This document shows positions 53,795 to 64,000 of a stretch of 64,000 nucleotides of DNA, one piece after another (position 1 is the stretch's first letter; every line of letters starts with the position of its first letter). The notes beneath the pieces are model-generated. The model was not told where the DNA came from. It made no database searches and saw only the letters and a list, made by a program, of their open reading frames with translations. This DNA is from Octopus sinensis (lineage: Eukaryota), in NCBI RefSeq assembly GCF_006345805.1, contig NC_042997.1:45818001-45882000 (forward strand), written 5' to 3'. The translations under genes were made by a program, and so were the position numbers.

Positions 53795-54140
53795 ACTGTA
53801 TAACATTGTATAACTTATTCTTTGTAAGCCTAGTACTTATTCTATCGGTCTCTTTTGCCGAACCGCCAAGTTACGTGGACGTAAACACACCAGCATCGGT
53901 TGTCAAGCGATGTTGGGGGACAAACAGACACACAAACGTATACACACACGTACATACATATACATATATGCATATATACGACGGGCTTCTTTCAGTTTCC
54001 GTCTACCAAATCCAGTCACAAGGCTTTGGTCGGCCCGGGGCTATAGTAGAAGACACTTGCCCAAGGTGCCAGGCAGTGGGACTGAACCCGGAATTATGTG
54101 TTTGGTAAGCAAACTACGTACCACACAGCCACTCCTGCGC
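53795..54140 (-). mobile_element. SINE-B lacking its 3' end
   Basis: Matches 30130-30460. Confidence 0.9.
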
Positions 54141-55523
54141 TTAAGAGTGTTGTCAGAATTTCAGTACGCACCCCTGAGACTGGTTGAGTGCTCTCGCCAT
54201 TAAGCTAAACGGCCCCTGACTGTTGTTGATGTTTGTTGATTATGTCATTATTGATATCACTGTTGATATTGATGCTGTTGCTATTGTTGGTGGTATCGTC
54301 AGTATTGTTGAATCTGATAATATTCATGTTGTTGTCCTTCTTGTCGTTGTTGTTGTTGGTAGTGATCTTTGTGGTAGTGTTGCAGTTGTTTGTTGCTGTG
54401 GTTTATTGATATTTGTCTTGGCAGCACTGCCTTTGCAAGTAACTGATATTTCGGTTCTTCCTACAACAATAAACTTTCAGTCCTTAATTGTCTTCCATTC
54501 GTTGTGACAGTTCGCCAGAGGGCCATGGATCGTAGATCTTTCTCCTCCGCCAAAAGCCGTAAAGATAAGATTTAGATTTCCAGATATTCATAATTTCATT
54601 TGGTTGACGATCACAGCCAGTGCTCTGTTCTCATATGTTGTTGTTTACTGTGTGAATTGCAAATCACGTTGTCTCTTTTCTCCAATCTCATCTTGTATAT
54701 ATGAAGACCCTTATAGTAGCTAAAATCGAGGAAAGCAAATTAGACTTGAGGTGGGGTGTGATAATCGCAGTTGATTTACCATAAACTCAGGTGGTGTGCA
54801 TTTCAACTGAGTGTTTTGGGCTCTGTGACACTAGTGATACGGCAGTCAATTTCGTGTATATGTCTTCTTTCGCTCATGTGTGTGTGCATGTTTGTGCACG
54901 TGTGTGTTTGTGTGTGTGTTTGTATGTGCGTGTGTGTGTGCTTGTTTGATTGTTTGTGTGTTTGTGTGTGTGTGTGTTTGTGTGTGTGTGTGGTGTGTGT
55001 GTGTGTGTGTTTTACGGAAAGGACGAGTTCAGTAATGGCGAAAAGCAATAACATTTTGGGGACGTTGTTATGAAGTGGAAATGGCTGTTTCAGTTTCATT
55101 ACATTGTGATAAAATGTTATACAACCAACAGATTTTGCACAAAGAAGATCTCTAGATTTAAGTATTTCTGTTCCATCATGTACATAAACGATTTGTCCAC
55201 GTAGCCTCTTTGTAGCCTGCAGTTATGTGAAATGCACTATTTTGCGTTATTTGTAAGCTGAGTTTATTTTGTAGAGTAATTAGGGCAGAAGTTGCATAAT
55301 CCAGAACCTGCATGATTGATCTTGCATACTGTTTTGCATTAACGTTATTGTTTCTTTGTGGCGGTTCAATGTCGTGTCAGCGAGTACGCTTTCTGTGATT
55401 GTTTTTTCATGCTTCGATTTTCTTTTGTTTACTACCTTCTATATAGTGGCAAATTAGCTGAATCGTTTGAACATCCGATAGAATACTTTACGGTATTTCT
55501 TCTGACTCTCTGTACGTTGAGTT

Positions 55524-55815
55524 CAATTCAATTCAATTCAATTTTTATTGGCTCAAAAAGCAAAAGCAAAGCCATGTAGGGGGACAGGGAGTTATGTACA
55601 GGGAGGGTGGTCATGCAAGGAGTTCAGGCCATTTCTGGTCAAGAGAGACTTTGAACTGAGCGGTCGTCGGCATCTTCACTGTCTCGTCCGGCAGCTTATT
55701 CCACGGATCCGCAACCCGGACGGAGAAAGCCCCTCTCCTTCGATTGAGATGAAAACGTCGTAGATAGAGCTTTTCGAAGTGATCCCGCAGCCCTCTTTCG
55801 AGAGGTTACACTTTC
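55524..55815 (-). mobile_element. CR1-group LINE 3' end with (TTGAA)n tail, inserted in an old SINE-A'
   Basis: Minus translation ..HFEKLYLRRFHLNRRRGAFSVRVADPWNKLPDETVKMPTTAQFKVSLDQKW; SINE halves at 55445-55524 and 55835-55880. Confidence 0.85.
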
Positions 55816-57282
55816 CGCTTATGATGTTGTGACTAATGTTACCTTGTATCCTTTCGGGGTCGATAACTAATAAAGCGTCAGTTCAAGGTTATAGATTGAC
55901 GAAATTGTTATAATGTCTGATGAGCTGTTCTGCAATACCTCTTCTGGGTGTTTCAGTTCCTATTCAAATTTCGTCTCTAACATCTGGCTTCACCATGACG
56001 AAAAGCAGGTGACAGAATGACATTCCTATGGGAGTAACATCGCGGTCGCATGAATATAATCGCCATGGCTGTACTAAATCATGATGATACGCTAGGAAAG
56101 AATAAATAATACTCTACGAAATTTTTTAGGGGTGTTGCTGGTAATTCCGCAACGCCAGTGGTCTTTACAACTTGGAGCTGACTGGGCTCATGCAGCCTCT
56201 TCTCACCATCCCCTCCTTCTCTACCCGTCATCCTTCTCGTGTCCTACCTCTAGGATCCGCACTAATCATTACATTTAGTTTTTCCTTCTTAGAATGTCGG
56301 CTCTTTTACTTCTCTCTTGCCTTACAAAGGTTCAAAGAAGAACATTAATCGCATGAGTCCCGTCGGTCTATGGGCATAAAGTCTATGGGCACCGTTTGCA
56401 AGACCCAGCAAGCAAAAACAAATTCAAAAGCAAAAAGTGTGAGATTCATAATATTTACCTATTTTATAAGTGAGGTGTGTTTATGCTATTGATTGTTTCA
56501 GTATCAGTCTAACGTGATTAATCAGACCTGTGGTCAAAAGAACTCCAGCCATGGCCAATCTGTAATTTAGTTAGATATAGTGTACTGATACAAAAAACAA
56601 AACCAAAAAAAACCTACATTATCATTATCTAATGTATCATTTGTTTCTTAAGGCTGCAGGGTGGGGTTTCTAGCATGCTGAGAAGCCCTGTTCATTATCT
56701 TGTATTCATGTTGTTGAGTGTTTGAGCTGATTGCATTTGATGTGATTTGGTGTTGCTCATTAAAACGGGAGATAGTATCTCTTGTAGGTGTTTCTCATAG
56801 TCTAGTCTGAATTTGTAGAGCTAGCGTTTGAACTGACAATAATTATGTGTCTAAGGAATGATGAGAGGTAGTACACAAAAGAACGCTTGTATTGTTGCTC
56901 TTATTGATAAGCTGCGGCTGTCGTCGCTTCTCTTCTTGGTACAATTGTTACTGATATCATACTGTTGTCGCTATTACTGTTTAGCCAGAGCAATCAGTCA
57001 AACAGTGACATTGCTGGTGTGTATAACGAGAACATTGATGCGGCTACTTTTTGTGTCTGCTGGTGTGTTAGATTGGGGGAGAATTGGCAGAGTTGCTAGA
57101 GTTTTGACTAGAATGACACGTAGTATATGCTCCAGCTCTATGAACTCTGAGTCCAAACCCTGCCGAAGTCAGCTTTGCCTTTCTTTCTTTCGGTGTCAAT
57201 AAAACATGTACAAATTTAGGGTGGCGGACTGGTTAGGGAAAGTTAGGGAATCGAGCAAGGTGCCTTTCTGACAATATCACCT

Positions 57283-57520
57283 ATTTCTTTACTACCCACA
57301 AGGGGACAAAACACAGAGGGGACAAACAAAGACAGACAAACGGATTAAGTTGATTATATCGACCCCAGCGCATATCTGGTACTTAATTTATCGATCCCGA
57401 AAGGATGAAAGGCAAAGTCGACCTCGGCGGAATTTGAACTCAGAACGCAGCGGCGGACGAAATACCGCAAAGCATTTCGCCCGGTTTGCTAACGATTCTG
57501 CCAGCTCGCCGCCTTATCAC
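57283..57520 (-). mobile_element. SINE-A monomer with 15-bp TSD
   Basis: ctgacaatatcacct at 57268-57282 and 57521-57535. Confidence 0.93.
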
Positions 57521-57763
57521 CTGACAATATCACCTGTGATGACACTGGTGCTTAGCTGTATTGGCCCAAATCGGCAACTTTTCCCTTAGATAGACCTTGG
57601 TGTCGTGGAGAAGGAAAACTTGCGTGTACTAACAATTACTGGTCATTCTCAAAATCTCTTGCCTCGGCCGCATATACCTGTACAGATGCATGGTAAACAT
57701 TGATTGGTCCTATTTCATTTTATCTGACTGGAAGTGATATTATTCTTATACTGTTGCTATTAT

Positions 57764-57993
57764 AAGGCGGCGAGCTGGCAGAAACGTTAGCACGCCGGGC
57801 GAAATGCTTTGCAGTATTTCGTCTGCTGTTACGTTCTGAGTTCAAATTCCGCCGAGGTCGACTTTGCCTTTCATACTTTCGGGGTCGATAAATAAAGTAC
57901 CAGTTAAGCACTGGGGTCAATATAACCGATTTAATCTCTTTGATGTCCTTGTTTGTCCCCTCTATGTTTAGTCCCTTGTGGGCAATAAAGAAA
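57764..57993 (+). mobile_element. SINE-A monomer
   Basis: aaggcggcgagctggcag...gggcaataaagaaa; imperfect TSD tgttgct(a/g)ttat. Confidence 0.92.
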
Positions 57994-59076
57994 TTGTTGC
58001 TGTTATTGTTATTTTTGTGAGGCCTGAAGGATTAGATGTATAATCAAAGGCTTTCCAGCTATGACTTACAAGTCGTTATTCCAGGCAGTGTAACGAGGGC
58101 TGTATTATCCAATGTGATTGTATAAATTTAAAAAGACATTCGTAGAGATAACAATAATAATTGTTATATACCAATTTTCATTTTTTTTCCCTACATACCC
58201 AAAAAGAGAAAAGAAAAAGAAACCTGGCCTCGGCCGTTGTTATTGGTACAAGAATACAATGGTATTTAGGCAGAATGTGGTTTGTGATTGCAGGTTAAAC
58301 TGTATAACATTATAAATATATCTGAAAAGTTGTAAGCTTGGTTACACGACATCAATGAAAAGTTAGGTGTGCATAATGTATTATGGAAATGTACATCATA
58401 TTTTCTTGTTTCACAAAATCATTTGAATAATTTGTGTAATAGGAAGTGCTCAGACGTTTTGTCTTGTTTATAAAACGGTCAGTGAATACAAATGGATGAT
58501 GGCCAGTTGTAAAGAGAAAAATAGATAACTGGTGTCATTTGACTGGTAGAAGTTATTCTCTCAAGGTTATTCTCTCTCTCTCTTTTTCTTTCTCTTCAGA
58601 GGGAGAGCGAGCAAAAAAAGAGAGGAAGATCGAGAGAAGAGGTGAGAGGGTAATAGCTTATCCATGATTGCCTTTACGAAAAGAGGAACAAAGCAGTTTG
58701 ACTTTTAATTGCAAAACTCGTTGACATCCTTCTTGGTTTGTGACAAAACAGTGAAACTAAAATGTCAGCAGCTGACTGACAAGCTCCACGCTTCTTCCTC
58801 ATCGTTTTTTTCATGACAGTAGGATGTAATTTCATAGTGATTTTGAGGTTATTTCTAGCGAGCAAAGATCCTCAGTGAGGTTCCTTCACTTCGGGGCATT
58901 GTACAAATGTTTGAATGTATATTTGAAGATGTTTTGGGATAACTTGTGAAGCTGGAAGTTAACTACAACTATCAACCTTGGCCTCAGATTTTCAACCAGT
59001 CATTCATCTGACCGATAATTGGTTCCCAGTGTTAGTGCTCTGAATACATTGACAGTATGCTGCCTACGGCGAAGTA

Positions 59077-59585
59077 CCGTAAATCCTCGAGTATAATCCG
59101 CATTTCCCCCCAAAAATTTGAAGGTCAAAATTCCTAGTACGTACTATATACGAGGTTAAAAATGAAAATTATTTTCCAAGCAATGTCCGAGTCTCTATTT
59201 GCTGTCCGGCAATGTTTATTCAGGCGCATTTTGTGATGTCGGGCGCGAAAATACCTTAAGCTAAGCCTGAAAGCAATGAAGTCATAAAAGAATCATCCAT
59301 AACTTGCAATAAGCAATATTTATTAAATGTTATTACTGTTATTTCTTTATTTTCTACAAACAAAATGCACAAAAAAGCTACACGTTTGCATTATGTTATA
59401 TATACAATAATAATAAAGGACGTTACCGTATACGTTTTTACAAACCAAGGACGATGTATAGACCTCCTTGATTCAAGTTAGCGAAGGGGTGTGTATTATA
59501 CACAAGGTTTAGGTTTAGAGGTACAGCCCCCTAAAAATCCCCTGCGTATTATACTCGAGGGCGGACTGTGCTCGAGGATTTACGG
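59077..59585. mobile_element. Tc2/pogo-type MITE (509 bp), TA TSD
   Basis: TA|ccgtaaatcctcgagtataatccgc ... gcggactgtgctcgaggatttacgg|TA; subterminal tatactcgag-like repeats. Confidence 0.92.
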
Positions 59586-60049
59586 TACTCTTCTGTTTTA
59601 GTAGTTTATTCTCACCCGTTTTGGCCAGATTGGTGACCCAGACTGCACTGATATAATCAATATTGGTTATAATATATTGTTAGTACACTTACGATGTATC
59701 TTTTCTCTAAGTCAGATATGGTGCTGGTTAGTAAGTTTTCTTAGAGTTGTGTGAGCTATTTCGCTTTCTTTACTGTCTTCTACAAGTGTTGTAAAGGTTG
59801 TAAAGATCTTCTGTGAGTGTTTAGAGGAGCAGAGGGAATTATGGGTAATTCTTAATGTTTTTTTTTTCTTCTTCTCTGTTCTGTGTATGAAGTCTGTTTA
59901 TGTTGTTGAATGTGATTGTTATTCTATTTCATGTTCTTTGGTGTTGCTTGTAAGAAGTCAGATTGGGTGGCGGTTGATAAGTGCTACGTCGAATCTATGC
60001 AACTATGTTTGTCATTGCTGTTCTTGCTTTCACTTGTTGTTGGTCTTAT

Positions 60050-60790
60050 GTAATAGCTTTGTGGTTGTTGCTGATGTTGCCGTAATCGTTGCTGCTGCTG
60101 CTGCTGGTGGTGTCGTCGTTGTTGTAGCTGTTATTGTTGTTGTTGTTGGTGCTGTTTCTCTTGCTGCTGTTGTTTATGTTGTCGGTATAATTGACACTGT
60201 CGTCGCTAATCTTTTTATGGTTGCTTTTGCTTCTCTGGTTGTTGTTGTTGTTGTTGTTGTTGCTACTGTTGTCTCTTTTGTTGTTGCTTTGTTGTTGTTA
60301 TTGTTGTTGTTGTTGCTGTTGTTGATAGTGCTGCTGCTGCTGCTTTACTTGTTGTCTTTATTCTTGTTCCTGTAATTCCACTTCCTGCTCTGGCTACTTT
60401 ACCCTCACCACCATCACCACCAACAACAACAACAACAATACTTCTACCACCACCATCACCACCACCACCACCACCACCACCAACATGATCATCCTGATCA
60501 TCACCATCATCATCATACTTATCGTCGTAGTCGTCGTAGTCGTCGTTGTTGACATCATCATCATCACGATCAACATCACTGTAGTCGTAGTAGTTGTCGT
60601 CGTCGTCGCCCACCCCTCCTCCTCCTCCTCCTCCTCCTCCTCCACCACCACCACCACCACCACCTCCTCCTCCTCCCACCCATCATCATCATCATCCTCC
60701 TCATCGACGTTATTGCTGCTGTTGTTATTATCGCCACACTCTATTGCTGCTGTTGTTGTTGTTCTTGTTGTTGTTGTTGCCGCTTCTTGT
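60050..60790. repeat. Compound trinucleotide field (GTT, GCT, CAC, CAT, GTC, CCT)
   Basis: Directly visible. Confidence 0.95.
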
Positions 60791-61389
60791 TCATTGATGC
60801 AGTGTTATTATCGATTCTTACGATATGCGTACACAACCCTTTCAACCTCTCTCTCTCTCTCTCTCTCTTTTTTTTCTCTCTTTCTCTGGTGTATGCGATT
60901 GAATATGCGTGTGCGCGTGGATGTGTGTGTGTGTGTGCGCATGTGAATACGTGTGTGTGTGTGTGTGTGTGTGTATCTCTATATACGTATATTTGTGTTT
61001 ACGCGTACGTACACAATCTGTCTGTGAGTCAGTCGAGCTGTTTGTCAGCCAGGCTGACTGCTTGACTGAAAGTCAGTCGCTTGCTCGCTTGGCCACTATG
61101 TTGTTATTGTTATTGTTTATCATGATTGTTCTTGTGCCTGTTGCTAGTACTGTTGTTATTGTTATTGTTGTTGTTGTTGTTGTTGCTACAAACATACAAC
61201 CTCCACGAACTGTATAATGTATTTTTCATGTTCTTTGACATAATAGTCACCAGTTGGCAACATCACTTAGAATATGTTATCAAACGAACCCAATGACACT
61301 GATTGTTTTTGTGTTGGCTTTTTATTTATTATTTGTTTTTGTGGTGCTTGATTTTTTTGTTTGTTTGTTTGTTGTTCATTTATCTTTTC

Positions 61390-61552
61390 TTAAGGTATGT
61401 ATGTAAATGTGTGTGTGTGGGTGAATGCGTATGTGTGTGTGTGGGTGCATGTGTTTATGCGTATGTGTATGTATTTGTGCGTGTGCGTGTCTGTATGTGT
61501 ATGTGTGTGCGTGTCATTATATTCTGTATTTACTGTTTCAGTAGTATATATG

Positions 61553-61598
<46 letters not shown>

Positions 61599-61692
61599 GG
61601 AGAGGAGAGAGAGAGAAAGATAATATATATATATATATTATACATACAAATACATATGTATGTATATCTATATCTATATATATATATGTGTA

Positions 61693-61748
<56 letters not shown>

Positions 61749-62348
61749 GTGTATATATATATATGTGTATGAATGTATATATATGTATATAAATATATAT
61801 GTATATGTATATACGTATATATATATGTATATGTATATATCTATATATATATATATGGATGTATATATGGTATGTATGTATCTCTTTCTCCACACATATA
61901 CATGTACAGGTATGGGTAATATGGGTATATAGTATGTGCTTTTGTGTTTATGTAAGTGTATATTCAGCATGTATATGTATGCGAGAGTGTATATGCAAGC
62001 AGACAAACATACACCTCTCTATTTCATGGTAATTGAAGCAACTGATAAAAAAGATTTGGAAGGGTGACAGAAGAGTATAGGATACAGAGACAGAAATGAA
62101 TAATAAACGAAGATTGATAGAAATTGATAGATAGATGGATATCGGTAGGTGGACATTGATAGATACACAATATATATATTGATAGGTAGATATTGATAGA
62201 TAGATCAGATGTTGAGAGATAGGTATTGATGCATAGATAGATAGTTTGATACTGATGGGCATTGATTGACATGTAGATAGATATAAACGGATAGGTATTT
62301 ATACATAAGAAATAGATATCGAGAATTAGCTGTTGATTAATATATATT

Positions 62349-62395
<47 letters not shown>

Positions 62396-62512
62396 CGAGA
62401 GAAAGATAGACTGAAAGATAGATAGATAGATAAATCGATAGGTACAGGGAGAAAGGGAGAGAAAAAAGGAGGTAGAGAGTAAGGGGGAAGACAGAGGAAA
62501 ATGAGAAAGGTC

Positions 62513-62545
<33 letters not shown>

Positions 62546-62634
62546 ATATTCATACGTATGTATATATTCATATGTATGTATATCTATATCTATATATATA
62601 TATATTATATATATATATATATTATATATATATA

Positions 62635-62677
<43 letters not shown>

Positions 62678-62901
62678 ATATTATATATATATATATATAT
62701 TATATATATATATATTATATATATATATATCTATATATATATATATAATATATATATATATGGAGAGAAACACAGTCGGAAACATGAAAATGGCAAACTT
62801 TGAAAGCAGAAAGAAATTAAAAATACGCAAGTAAATTGTGGTGACAAAGGTGAAATAGAATTAAAGAGGCAGACGAGGAGACTTAGAATACTCGTACAAT
62901 A

Positions 62902-62937
<36 letters not shown>

Positions 62938-63080
62938 TGTGTGTGATTACATAGATACCGTTGTGAATCAGGTTAGTTGTACGCTACTGATGCATCGTCC
63001 GTACGCGGGCCAGCGGCGGCGAAGCTAGTAGAATGCATACACACACACACACGCATGTATGTAATGTATGTGTAGATGTA

Positions 63081-63127
<47 letters not shown>

Positions 63128-63153
63128 TCAATGTATGTATAGATGTATATACA

Positions 63154-63184
<31 letters not shown>

Positions 63185-63370
63185 GCATATATATATATGT
63201 ACATATATATATGCATACATATATATATACACATATATATATATATATAATATATATATATATATACACATATATATACATATATACATATACACACACA
63301 TATATATATAGGTATATATATACATATATACATATACATATATATACATATATACATATATATGTATATA
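61390..63370. repeat. TG/TA/GATA microsatellite field
   Basis: Directly visible. Confidence 0.95.
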
Positions 63371-63696
63371 CGATTTTTTCTTTGAAATTTATTCAACTTC
63401 TTAAAAGAGTTCGAGTTGGTCGTTCACAAAGACTAGACATTTCTGAGTCAAGAGAGCTCCAGGTATTTGTAAATACGTTGTTGAGTGGGTGTATTGTTGG
63501 TTGAGTTGTCAATGCACACATCCAAGTGTATGTAGTTATTCATTTAAAGAATCTCATATGTAGAATATTTGGAATGTCTTACGAACCTTCACTGTGCCAC
63601 TAATAGATTGGATTTGGAGAATTCATGTCACTTTCTTTTACAGTTTCTTCGAAAAACCTAGTCCCCTTAGATTTTTGTCTAAATTTATTAGGTACA

Positions 63697-63900
63697 CTAG
63701 CAGCTAAGCCCGGTTTCACCCGGTCGGTTTGGACGATGTGGTTGTAAAACCCGCTCTGTGAAAGCATTCGACTTGTTTGGGTACGTTTACGTTAAAAAAA
63801 CAATTTTAGAATGACTTTTTCTGCCAAAACGCTAAAAATAACCGACCCCGCCAACCCAAAAAAGAGAACCAAACAAGATTCAACCTAATCAAAGAATAAA
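63697..63900 (-). mobile_element. Helitron 3' terminus (probably non-autonomous)
   Basis: Minus strand ccgggtgaaaccggg hairpin, short spacer, then CTAG|T; the 5' extent is uncertain. Confidence 0.65.
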
Positions 63901-64000
63901 CCCAAATACTAAGCGAACAAAGATAAACCATCCCACTTCCATTGCGCGCGTACATGCACACAAACACACAAAAACACACACATACACATTCACATACCCT

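Noticed and set aside
59887-61217. Poly-Val/Gly/Asp/Pro ORFs resembling membrane or disordered proteins
   Set aside because: Trinucleotide repeats are stop-free in several frames on both strands; no splice or domain evidence.

Overview
Eukaryotic, AT-rich, repeat-dominated DNA. The SINE families and microsatellite load look like an octopus/cephalopod genome (inference from remembered repeat families, not from a search). No intact protein-coding gene can be supported, and nearly all long ORFs in the track are translated microsatellites. The window holds decayed transposons: a ~1.2 kb mariner, a Helitron Rep fragment plus a separate Helitron 3' end, an internally deleted R4/Dong-type RLE retrotransposon, RTE, CR1 and Tx1/L1 LINE fragments, and two Tc1/mariner-superfamily MITEs. 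It also holds dozens of tRNA-headed SINEs (called A-E here, my own labels), a near-perfect 1.07 kb tandem duplication and many microsatellites. Most notable: (1) young SINE-A copies share a 42-nt 3' end (36/42 identical) with the Tx1-like LINE, suggesting a SINE/Tx1 partnership; (2) the Tx1-like copies are bounded by (TCTA)n arrays, suggesting microsatellite targeting; (3) a Penelope-type minimal hammerhead-like motif with a non-canonical core; (4) a dimeric SINE-A subfamily and head/tail shuffling among SINEs; (5) a weak candidate 5' end of a minus-strand gene near 3.4-4.7 kb. Boundaries were read by eye and are approximate unless TSDs/TIRs are quoted.
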